Assembly: GCA_044892505.1 (NCBI GenBank) | Contig: CM097882.1 | Location: 137,826,001-137,868,611 of the forward strand | Direction of reading: 5' to 3' | Source: Schmidtea nova | Taxonomy: Eukaryota | DNA: 42,611 bases | In this document: positions 1 to 10,932 of the stretch, piece by piece | Layout of the letters: every line of letters starts with the position of its first letter | How positions within the stretch are numbered: the stretch's first letter is position 1 | Program-made: the position numbers and the translations under genes | The notes under the pieces: model-generated | What the model was told of the DNA's origin: nothing | What the model saw: the letters and a program-made list of their open reading frames with translations, nothing else | The model's database searches: none

Positions 1-2172
1 CCCTTCTACCTGTTTGTTATTATTATTTATGAATTCGTATTGCTTCGTTTCTTTGGTTGTCTTTGACCTAATTTTGTTACTGATTTTTTCCAGCTGATTT
101 TGGTTTTCCTGTTGTTTCTTGCGATTCCGGCAATTTCTTGAAATGTGCCCTTTTTTCCCACAGTTGTAACATCCTTGAATACCACAAACTTTCTTTCCAT
201 GTCCTTTCCTTCCACATTTGGTACATACTTTGTTGTTGAAACAGCTGCTTTCTAAGTGTCCTTGTCTTTGGCAGCATTTACACCATTTGTCCTTTTTGTA
301 TAGATACTCTTCTTTGAGTTCTTGTTGACTTTTCTTTTCCTTCTTTTCCTTCTTTTCATTTTTGTTTCCTTCTTCTGCGTTTCTGGTTTGTTCTTTTCTC
401 TTTTCGACTTCTGTCATATCGTTTATTACTGACTGCTTGCTGTGTTTATTTCCCGTGACAAGTTGATCTATTGTTATCTTTCCCGTTTCTTCGATTATTT
501 CGCTTTCAATTATGGTTTTTCTGTCCTGTTCTGTTTGATTCCTAGTTTCTATTTTTCTTAGCATATTGATTCTTGGTTTATTCTTTTCTTGTTGTTTCCA
601 TAATTCTTCTATCTTTTGTGCACTATTACTTCTATTCGCCATTTTCAACATATCTGCTTTTAGTAGTTCTTCCTTTATCTTCCTGCAATGTTCCTCGTTG
701 TCACAGGCCTGTAATCCTCCTAATTTATTCCATGTGAATTCTTCTTGACGGGCTTCTTTGATTGTTGGCTTTTGTAGTTCTGATTGGCAACTGGTCATCA
801 TGTTGATTCTCAATATTTTTCTTGCTAGTTCATTTCCATTTTCTTTGAATTTCGCGGTTTCGTCCTTTTCACTTGTGACTGTTATCTGTTTGAGTACTTC
901 TTCAAATTGCTCCTTTTGTTCTTGGAATCTTCCTTGTAATATACGAGCTTCATCCCCATTTAGTTTGCTGCCACGTTCTTCTCCTATTCTTGCCTCATCT
1001 AATTGCAACTCTAGCCATTCTCGACGTTGTTTCTCTTGTGATGTTTCTTCTGTTAGTGTTGGTTCGATGAATGTAAGTTTGTTGATTTTTGGTTGTTGCG
1101 TTATTCTTGTCCTCTTTTTAATCACCTCATTTAGCCTTAAGATTTCTTGCATTAGTCTTATTTCTCTGTCATTCGGGTTGTTGCTCAGACTATTGTTTTG
1201 ATTATAGCTGTTTACTCCGTTTCCATTGGTCTGCTGGTTTCCTTGTAGATTATTTTTTGTCCCACATTTTCGTGCTATATGTCCTAATTCGCCACAACTA
1301 TAGCATCCCCGTATTCCACATATTTTCTCAGAATGTCCCCACATCTTGCACTTCTCGCAAAATTGATTTTTATAACACTCACTACTCGAATGTCCGGATT
1401 TCCAACATGTTTGGCAATGTTTGGTGTTGTTCAGGGTGTTATTGTTTCTGGGGTTATTCTTGTTGTTGACTGTATCGTCGTTATTTTCTTTCCTCGTTTG
1501 TCTGTTCCCAGTTCTTTGGTTTGATTTCTTTGGCTTAACTTGATTCCCTTCGTCTTCCGATTCGTTTGGTGTTACTGTTACGATTCTGATGTCGTTTACT
1601 CCTATGTGTAACTCATATCTATTTGCAATTTCTAGCGCATCGTCAATTGTTAGGCATCCTTTACATCCCACTTGAGCTCGAATATCTGGCCTTCTCAACC
1701 CTCGCACAAATATTGCTGTCATCAATTCTTCGTTTATAGGGTTTTCTCTGTCGAATGCTAGTTTGGATAATTTCCTTAGTTCACTTGCGTATACCGCATT
1801 TGACTCGTTCTTCCTCTGCCTTCTTGCTGAAAAATCATCGAATGCCTGGCTTAATACTTTGCTTATTCCGAATGTTTGTCGGAAGAATTCTTTTATTTCG
1901 TCCCAATTTTTAAATGGTTTGGTTCCTCTTTTGGCTTCTAGGTACAAATCTAACGCACTGTCTCTAAGGTATAGTGGGATTCGACCGATTATTGTTTCTG
2001 GATCCCATCTATATACCTCGACGAATACACCAAATTCCTTTAAAAATGTTTCTAATCTACTAGCGTCTCCATTGAATGGTTCGCCTTGAAATCTTTCTCG
2101 ATATTCTTTTCTCTTTGGTGTTATTGACGTTGCTGGTGTATCTGACTCATTTCCGTTTCTTTCGATATTCAT
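1..2172 (-). CDS. gag: Gag-like polyprotein, 3'-incomplete (no stop before window edge); capsid-like region plus six CX2CX4HX4C knuckles
   Basis: Manual translation gives an uninterrupted frame from 2562 to 1, first ATG at 2172 (MNIERNG...). It has a retrotransposon-capsid-like stretch (FNGDASRLETFLKEF...YRWDPETIIGRIPLYLRDSALDLY). Knuckles: CQTCWKSGHSSSEC, CEKCKMWGHSEKIC, CYSCGELGHIARKC (1264-1416) and CKCCQRQGHLESSC, CTKCGRKGHGKKVC, CYNCGKKGHISRNC (130-282). Confidence 0.88.
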   Translation of the reverse strand, partial: MNIERNGNESDTPATSITPKRKEYRERFQGEPFNGDASRLETFLKEFGVFVEVYRWDPETIIGRIPLYLRDSALDLYLEAKRGTKPFKNWDEIKEFFRQTFGISKVLSQAFDDFSARRQRKNESNAVYASELRKLSKLAFDRENPINEELMTAIFVRGLRRPDIRAQVGCKGCLTIDDALEIANRYELHIGVNDIRIVTVTPNESEDEGNQVKPKKSNQRTGNRQTRKENNDDTVNNKNNPRNNNTLNNTKHCQTCWKSGHSSSECYKNQFCEKCKMWGHSEKICGIRGCYSCGELGHIARKCGTKNNLQGNQQTNGNGVNSYNQNNSLSNNPNDREIRLMQEILRLNEVIKKRTRITQQPKINKLTFIEPTLTEETSQEKQRREWLELQLDEARIGEERGSKLNGDEARILQGRFQEQKEQFEEVLKQITVTSEKDETAKFKENGNELARKILRINMMTSCQSELQKPTIKEARQEEFTWNKLGGLQACDNEEHCRKIKEELLKADMLKMANRSNSAQKIEELWKQQEKNKPRINMLRKIETRNQTEQDRKTIIESEIIEETGKITIDQLVTGNKHSKQSVINDMTEVEKRKEQTRNAEEGNKNEKKEKKEKKSQQELKEEYLYKKDKWCKCCQRQGHLESSCFNNKVCTKCGRKGHGKKVCGIQGCYNCGKKGHISRNCRNRKKQQENQNQLEKISNKIRSKTTKETKQYEFINNNNKQVEG

Positions 2173-3544
2173 TTTCCTGCTTCTTGTTTCCCTGTTTCTT
2201 GTTTCCCTATTTGTTGCTTTATTCTCCGTATACTTTTCTGGTTGTTCAATTTGTGCTTGGCTTTTCCTAGAGTTATCTTCGATGCTTGTTCTTGTTGTCT
2301 TTTGATAGAATTGGGTGTTTATTGAAATTTCTCTGTTTTCTTTGATGCTTGATTCACTGTTTGTGTTCTGGGTGTATTTATCGTTTGTTCTTTGATAGGG
2401 TCTTTTTATTGATACTGATCGTGCTCTTTTAATTTTTTTTTCTACTACGGATTTGTCTAATAATTGGTTAAATTTTGAGCTGGGTCTGAATTTTTCTATG
2501 TAAAGATTCTCAATGATGGCGAATTTCTTTACTGATTTGGATTCCGATTTTGGTACGGTTACTCAATTTACCGTTGGCTTCTTTTTGACTTGGGTTTGTC
2601 CTCTTGAATTATGTTTTACTTGTTCTGTATCTGTAGCTTTCTGTTCGTTTGACTTGTTGGTTGTTGTTGACTTGAATTGGTTGCTTGGTTCGTTGTTTGA
2701 TTGAAATCTACAAAAAAAAATACACTTTTAACCATTTGGGTGGCTGTCACCGCTCACCCAGTTCCTTCAAATAATTATTATTAAATAAATTCTGCTCTTT
2801 AGTTTTTTCGAATATTTATGGGTATTTTATGGCTCGGTTATCTTTCTCCCTTGATTTTAGTCTATTCTATCTGTATTGCAATATTAATTGTACTTTACCT
2901 CGTCGTAATTCATCTTAGACAATTAGTTTATTAACTTCATCACTTTGAACTTTTCAGTGTTTTGTTGCTTTTATTATTTTGGTAATTATGTTTCTTGACA
3001 CTTAATTCTCTAAATCGATGTAATTCTTTTGAATTATTCTATATCCTTGCTTCTTGTGGTCTTTATGTCCTTTCTTATGATATCTCGAATTCTCTCAAAT
3101 TTAGTTGTTTTACTCTCGTCATCTTCACTATTTTCTCTAGTCGATGATTCTTAGTTTATTTGTCTTTTATTTCACACAATTATTATCTACTCGTTCCTAC
3201 AACTTTTACTTGCTCGTACAGCTATGGTTTTAATTGTTTATAACACTTTTATTTTACTTGTTTATACCCCTTTTACTTGTTCGTTTTTTACTCCGTTCTA
3301 TCCTTTGTTATTTTACTTTAACTATGTATGCTGGTTTTTTTTTTAGTCAGTATTTAGACTACATCATCAGCTTGTCTCTCGTATCCTTTTAATCCTCTGA
3401 TGCGCACCTTTTAACTCTATGAAACTCTAATCGTCGAAAACTTTATTTTCCTCAATCGCTATTACTATTTCTACTATCCGGATAGTTTTTAATGACTCTC
3501 TTTAATCTAATAATTTCTAAAATAAACCCTTAACTTTCAAATTA

Positions 3545-4782
3545 TTTTATGCCCCTTTTAATATATTGACGGCTATATGTCCCTTGGCCTCAATTTTATT
3601 TTATGTCCCTTTTAATATATTCATGGCTCTATATGTCCCTTGGCCTCAATTTTATTTTATGTCCCTTTTAATATATTCATGGCTCTATATGTCCTTTGGC
3701 CTCAATTTTATTTTATGTCCCTTTTAATATATTCATGGCTCTATATGTCCCTTGGCCTCAATTTTATTTTATGTCTCTTTTAATATATTCATGGCTCTAT
3801 ATGTCCCTTGGCCTCAATTTTATTTTATGTCCCTTTTAATATATTCATGGCTCTATATGTCCCTTGGCCTCAATTTTATTTTATGTCCCTTTTAATATAT
3901 TCATGGCTCTATATGTCCCTTGGCCTCAATTTTATTTTATTTCCCTTTTAATATATTCATGGCTCTATATGTCCTTTGGCCTCAATTTTATTTTATGTCC
4001 CTTTTAATATATTCATGGCTCTATATGTCCTTTGGCCTCAATTTTATTTTATGTCCCTTTTAATATATTCATGGCTCTATATGTCCCTTGGCCTCAATTT
4101 TATTTTATGTCCCTTTTAATATATTCATGGCTCTATATGTCCTTTGGCCTCAATTTTATTTTATGTCCCTTTTAATATATTCATGGCTCTATATGTCCCT
4201 TGGCCTCAATTTTATTTTATGTCTCTTTTAATATATTCATGGCTCTATATGTCCCTTGGCCTCAATTTTATTTTATGTCCCTTTTAATATATTCATGGCT
4301 CTATATGTCCCTTGGCCTCAATTTTATTTTATGTCCCTTTTAATATATTCATGGCTCTATATGTCCCTTGGCCTCAATTTTATTTTATTTCCCTTTTAAT
4401 ATATTCATGGCTCTATATGTCCTTTGGCCTCAATTTTATTTTATGTCCCTTTTAATATATTCATGGCTCTATATGTCCCTTGGCCTCAATTTTATTTTAT
4501 GTCCCTTTTAATATATTCATGGCTCTATATGTCCCTTGGCCTCAATTTTATTTTATGTCCCTTTTAATATATTCATGGCTCTATATGTCCCTTGGCCTCA
4601 ATTTTATTTTATGTCCCTTTTAATATATTCATGGCTCTATATGTCCCTTGGCCTCAATTTTATTTTATGTCCCTTTTAATATATTCATGGCTCTATATGT
4701 CCCTTGGCCTCAATTTTATTTTATGTCCCTTTTAATATATTCATGGCTCTATATGTCCCTTGGCCTCAATTTTATTTTATGT
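3545..4782. repeat. Tandem array of a 56-bp unit, ~22 copies, inside the retrotransposon leader
   Basis: Unit ttatgtcccttttaatatattcatggctctatatgtcccttggcctcaattttatt recurs with exact 56-nt period (3601, 3881, 4441); only a few point variants. Confidence 0.97.
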
Positions 4783-6619
4783 TTCTCACATGGCACACTG
4801 GCCTTATTTATCCTATTCTGAGTTGATTTTCCATTTATCTTATTCTAGACCGGTCTATTTATGGCCGTTAATTATCGGCAACTATATTTACTAATCTCAG
4901 TTGATTAATTCCTACTACCTCTATTCATTCTAACTTCTACAACGTCGTTTTATTCTGATTTTTCGGTATTCTCGTTTTTATGCTATCGTCTTTTATCGTT
5001 ACTTAATTGTTATTCATGCTAGCTAGCTTTTATTTCACTTTCCTTACTCGCTATATTTACCTGGTTCGTTTCAATTGTTACTTTTCCCCTGCTTTCTTGG
5101 TTCTGACAGCGCTGTTTCTACTATGTTTCAAATTCTCGTGATGTTTTATTAGTTTAATTTTATTTCTTGTAAGCTTACAGATTTTCTCTCTTGCTTCTAT
5201 GATTTAACTATTCACGGTGTATTTTTATATTACCTATTTTTATTGCGCACTTTTTATAATTTATATTCGTTATGGGATTTCCTTCACTTCCTGACTCCAG
5301 ATAAGAGACAATCGCACTAGTCCATTCCAGAATCGTATGGTGATCAGTCACACGCAAGAATTTTCCAGCCTCTGCGATGGTACCCAGTCTCTCATCCTTC
5401 ATCGAGGATGATCGGTAATTTCCAAATTATTATATCGTACTACCTTTGTGGTAGCTCAAAAATTCGTTTTACTATTACCTAACAAGCTATTCAACATACA
5501 CTAAATTGAAAATAATTGGTTCTATTCGAATGATTTGGTTCTAAATCTTTTCCTTTTTAATTTACCCATCTTTTAGTTTGATTTCCCTACCAGCCAGTCT
5601 TTATTCGGTTACTTTGTGATCTACTATCGTCTATCTTAATTTTGTTATCCCTTTTTTTAACTTATTTTGTCTCTACCCCGTTATTTCTGGATTCTGTTTT
5701 GAGTTTAGCTCATTTTTTTTTAATTGTCCTTTTACACGATTTTACTTTTGCTTCCGTTCATTTCGTTTAATTTTTATTATTCGTCTCTGTTCGTAATGTT
5801 TACTGTTGTTTGTTTCCCCCGATTCCCCGGTCTTACTTTATTAGACCTGCTTTTCTTTCTCGTCGAATTTATCTTTCAAGTAGGCATGTCATCCGTTTTT
5901 TATAGTTTTAATTTCCGGTTAGCGTTTTCTTTTAATATTTTCTGTGCTGTTCTCTCCGCGGTTTCCTCCAAATGTCGACCTCGACATAATGTTCGTTTTG
6001 TATTTGTTAACGTCATATATGTTGTTTGCAATTTATCTTTGATCTTGACTTTTTCTCTTTGAGTAACGTAGTTCTCGTCCGATAAGTTTTCAGCTTGTGT
6101 ATTTTCCCTGGTTATTTACTACTTTTAAAGCTTTTACTTTAGCTTGGTTCGACTTTACCTCTTGATTTACTACTAACTTCCTTATAACTTTCATATTTTT
6201 CGCAAACAAACGTCTTTATCCATTTACATTAGTTGTTTTTATATTTACTTTACTTTTGGCTTTATATCGGTTATTTCTTTCGTTTTATTCAATCATACTT
6301 CCTTTCCCACCTTTCTCTATTCAAACGTTCCTCTATGCGAATCTTTCAACAAATTCTAAGCACTTATCCTTTATTCACTCACATTTTTCTATCTGGTAAT
6401 GGTTTTTATCACAAAAGCCAGATCAAAACATAATACTTTGCACTAATTGCATTCCATTTGCTGATTTCGACATAATTTCTGTAACGACGCTGTATTTCTT
6501 TTTCCAATATTTGCTCTAGCAACTACAAAATTTGATTTATTCCTTGTTTTTCGTTTCATTATAGCTTTGAACGTTAATCATTGTCTTTCCGCTTAAATTT
6601 TCGGCGGGTCCTATTCATT

Positions 6620-7200
6620 CTAACAAGATGAGTATTTTCCGTTTTCGGGCATTATTCATTGTTAGTCAATGCATATTTTCAATTTTGACGTTAATTACTG
6701 CAATATTTCCTATATTTCCGATTTTGATTTTTTTTTTCACTGTACTGCAACACATTCTTTTTATTTTGATGTTGTTCACTGAAATATTACATATCTTATC
6801 GCTTTTGATATCATTCACTGATATGTCACGTATCTTTTCGATTTCGATGATATTCATTGACACGCAATATGCATTTTCGCCTTTGGTGTTGTTTGTTGAA
6901 GCTCCTCATTAAATTTCGATTTTATTGGTTGATATACAATCCTTTTCCAACTTTTGATGTTAATCACTGAAATATGTTCGTTCTCATTACTTTCGATGCA
7001 GTACAATTTTGTTTCGTCAGTTTTGATGTTATTCACAGTCATATTATGCATTTTAAATATTTAAATATTATTCATTGTCATATCACAAATTTTACCTATT
7101 TTTATGTTATTCATCGTCATATCAACTATTTTATCTATTTTGATGTTAATCATTGTACTACTATTTATTTTACAGAATTTGCTGTTATTCACTGCAATCT
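6620..7200 (-). pseudogene. Decayed reading frame made of ~39-bp / 13-aa repeats (consensus about MTVNNIKIxKIxD)
   Basis: Translation gives units STMINIKIDKIVD, MTMNNIKIGKICD, MTMNNI*IFKMHN, MTVNNIKTDETK, ISVNDIKSDKICN, ISVNNIKIKRMCC, IAVINVKIENMH. It is broken by a TAA at 7061-7063 and a frameshift near 6860. Confidence 0.5.
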
Positions 7201-7583
7201 AACCATCCGTTTTTAGGTATAATTTAATGTCTGCTTGTTCTACCATTAATTCATTGTAACACGAATCATCCTACTAAATTCAACGACATTCATACCATAC
7301 AGCTCTTAATATTTGTTTTGTACTGTAATTTACTGTTAACTTATTCAACTATCAATCTGAATGCTATTCATTATCCTTACAATGTTATTACTTGCCTAGT
7401 CACTCCCCATCAACTATTGCTTCGCTTTCCTTAATATAATCACTTTCATCTCGCGGGAGAACGCACTCTTTTTCATTTTATTTTTATTTTTACCCATAAA
7501 AATCGCTATCAATTCCGGCTAATTATGCACGACAAAACTCTTTCTTTATGTTTGTTTTTCACTTTCCCCATAAAACTACTTTC

Positions 7584-7601
7584 ATCCCGGCTGAGCCCCC
7601 A
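7584..7601 (-). promoter_or_regulatory. Primer-binding site complementary to the 3' end of tRNA-Pro
   Basis: Minus strand reads TGGGGGCTCAGCCGGGAT, 16/18 identical to the classic PBS-Pro TGGGGGCTCGTCCGGGAT, and lies upstream of gag in the correct orientation. Confidence 0.82.
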
Positions 7602-9391
7602 AATTTATGCTGGGTTTATGGGTGGGTTTTAAATAATTAATAATAAATAAATAATAATTAAACAAATAATCATAACTAAGTAAACTAGGGATGCCTCACC
7701 CATAACCATACATAAAAAACAAATCGTCTCACTCGCACGCCCCTAACTATTCCCTATCTAGTTAGGTTGGAACTGCGCGCGGTGGCTGAAAAATGATGGG
7801 CAGGTGAGCTCCATCGCTGGAACTACTCCCCATTTATTTTCACGGGTTCCCGCTGCCGCTAGAAGGTCTTACGCGTTATTCTCTCAATGTCTACGCTCAA
7901 ATTCCTTAAAAAAAATTAACAAACGTCTTTTAAATAGAGATTTTATTTAGCTACAAACTCCTTACGCTATATAAAACCCAAAATAATGCGCTGCACCTTA
8001 AAATTATATTTATTTATAAAAACTCTCGAAAATTTCCTTTACTCAAAATCACCGCTATGTCGTTGCATTGTTATGCGTAACAAAATCTATTGATCAAGTT
8101 CGTCTTGCTAACATTTTAATTCTGAAATTAAATCACTACATAAGATGTAAAATTCCTGTAAAGCTCCAAAATTATCGCTGAAAAATGCGCAAACCTCAAA
8201 ACCTATCGTTCAACACTCAAAAATCCTATCATTATATGAAACCCTCAAAATCTATCGCAATTTCCAAAACTATTCTCTATGTGCAACCATTCATTATGTG
8301 CAAACTCAAAAATATCCGAAAAAATCCCAGATACATAAATTATAAAAAGGTACAACCGCCGTGTGAAGCGACGAGGCTCCACGATGACGACTATGTCTCC
8401 CTCGCCGCGTTAGCAGCCTAGGAAGCATAACTATGTAAATATTTTATATAATAACTACAATAATACTCATCATCGAATATTTATTTTCGGAAAAATTAGC
8501 CTCAAAACTTTACTAGGACCACTACTTAACAAATTACCCAACACATCTCACACAAAAATATTCAAATAACACAAAAATACCCGTTCGAAATCGATCCACA
8601 CGACTGGCGAAATCAAAACCAAAATTTTGCTCTCAGTAAATTAATGCCAAGTAAGTTTAGATTGTGATTTTTCAGCATCTATTTATACTAATTTTACTGA
8701 CGCTTAGATATTTTGTTATTTACATAATTTATTAACAATTTAAACTTACTTATTAGTTTTAATAAGTGAGCATTTATTTATCTTTCATAAATTTAACTTT
8801 ATAATTTGATTTATTTATTTCGAAAATATTTGTTTTTAATTCTATTAAATTAGGTGTGTATCTATTGTTTTATTGTGCATTTATTGATTAAAACAATTTA
8901 ATTTTAAATCTATTTTCATTCCTATCTCTGTTAATTTTTGCGATATTTCAATGGGGATTTATTCTATAATTTTTAATAAATTATTTTCTTTATTCTGATA
9001 CTGATTTTATTCTTTGATCATGCTTTTCATAATCACTTTACAAGTACTGATCTTCCCCATTCAATTCTCATGCGGTCCTTCGTGTGTAAATCCGACCTGC
9101 ACTCAAATTGTGTGCTCTTCCTTGAGATGCCTCTTTTTTATCGCTTCAACCTTATCTCGATCGATTTATAAGATGCTGTTCGTATGACTACTATTGTACT
9201 TAACTGTTTTTATTTTCCTTGCGTTATTTTACTGCTTACGGTCTTGTCGTGCGTTTCTCTTTGTTTCTCATTGTATGTATTTAATTTTTAATAATTTTTA
9301 ATTAAATTCTATTTTTGATTTCACCAGCCCAACAATTGCTTAAAAAAAATAAAATCCTGGCGTCTTATAAATAGGACGCTGGGCTATAACA
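7602..9391 (-). mobile_element. Candidate 5' LTR (~1.8 kb)
   Basis: Abuts the PBS. The distal end on the minus strand begins TGTTATAG at 9391, where the compositional skew changes. The second LTR and TSD are not visible, so the outer boundary is provisional. Confidence 0.55.
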
Positions 9392-10932
9392 GGTTAAGTG
9401 GTTTTTGATTAGCGAAATAGGTTTGCACTTATTGAACAGATTGAAAACTGAATATAACTGGTAGACTTTTAAATATTCTTTTAGGAAATACGTATAGCAT
9501 TAACTATTTTAAACGAAATAACTAAAACTGAATATAGTAGGCTATTTCAAAGTAAATGTTTACATATATAATTGATTTTAATTGCGAAAAAATAAACAAT
9601 TTCTAAACACTGAAAACTAGTAATCGCGTAGTTTTTCAAGAAAATTTTATTTAAAATAAAATTATTTTAAAAAAATTTTAAAAAACTAGAAATAAAATTT
9701 TTAATTTTTTTTTTACATATTAAATAGACTAAAATTCTATTTTTTTAAACGCCCTGTACAAGAGGCGCCCGATTCTTAGCATCCACCGCTTCAGCTAAAG
9801 CCAACACTGGAGATAGATGGATATAGTATAATTCGTATAGTACACCGCATTTTACACCATTCCTTATCCTAATCAGGGTGCAATGAATTATTATAGTCGA
9901 ATTGTACCAATAAATAGTTTTATTTGACAACGTATTTATTTTATTATTGTTTCAACAATGAAAATTGTAATAATATTTATTACTTTTGTAAGTTATCGAA
10001 TAAAATGTTTTATGTTGTAAAAATGTTTTTCTGTTTCATCTTGGGCCATCAATATACATGATATCGTGGATACGTATGCTTTACATTCATTTGCTGACAC
10101 ATTGTTGCGCCTCTGGTTGGAAAATCTTTAAGTCATAATTTGATTAATTTTAGAAAAGTAATTAAGTATAAAACTGGTATGATTAATGGAAATAAGATCA
10201 AAATCAAAATATTGCTAAACGTTGAATATAAATTATAACTGTTAGCATTTACATTATTTTTCGAGGGAGAAATTGGATCAAATATTAATTAACCAAAAAG
10301 CACGCCATTTGCCGATTATATAATAAATTATTATTAAATTTTCTATGGGAACTCGAAAGTGTGCATATTTTTATATACAAATATCCTAGAGGTATAATAG
10401 TAACTATTTAAATAAATATGTGACGTAATTAATATAGTTTACATTTTTTTTTATAAAAAAATACATTGTAATCAAAAATCACAATAAATTAATTAAATTT
10501 TTGATAATGAGCAGCAATTTTTGAGAATGAGTAGGAGTAGGCTTTACAGATAAAGATCTTATAAAAGTCTATAAATGTCTATGAAATGAAATTGATCAGT
10601 TCACCTAAAAGCTTAAATGTTCATTATGCATGATTAAAATTTATCAACTAAATAATATCATTAGTTTAAATAGTCTCTCCAGTGGCGCACTTAGGGGGTA
10701 CCACAGCGTTTTGGAATATTTATTTACTATTTTATTAAACGGAAACGATGCTCCAATTGCACGTGTATTGGAAGATTTTCATCATTTGTGTGAGCTCCCA
10801 ATTGAATTTGCCTTCTACAAATCTGGCAACTTAAAAAGCCGATGCAGTTTAGAAGTGTAATTAATTGATTCATAACCAGAGTTACATTCGTGTATATTTA
10901 GGACGCGACGCAGTCATATTGACCGTGTAAAT

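Larger units (their letters stand above)
1..9391 (-). mobile_element. 5' portion of a giant Ty3/Gypsy-like LTR retrotransposon (LTR, PBS, long leader, gag); continues beyond window start
   Basis: Gag-like ORF with CCHC knuckles (1-2172), tRNA-Pro-type PBS at 7584-7601, candidate LTR 7602-9391 starting TGTTATAG on the minus strand, consistent strand skew over the region. pol and 3' LTR are not in the window. Confidence 0.8.

Noticed and set aside
566-2704. Plus-strand hydrophobic ORFs (566-748, 758-1201, 1763-2089, 2513-2704 etc.)
   Set aside because: Antisense shadows of the long minus-strand gag frame; the F/L/S richness reflects the T-rich strand.
3545-4782. Possible CRISPR array (also 30469-31105)
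   Set aside because: Units are contiguous with no unique spacers, the context is eukaryotic and there are no cas genes.
7584-7601. tRNA-Pro gene
   Set aside because: Only the 18-nt 3' end including CCA is present, with no cloverleaf; it is a PBS.
9745-9930. 61-aa ORF with a GC-richer patch
   Set aside because: No recognisable motif or supported splice structure in any frame.
10500-10860. Possible Harbinger-like nuclease relic
   Set aside because: Similarity is limited to a few residues (FAFYKSG); not supportable.
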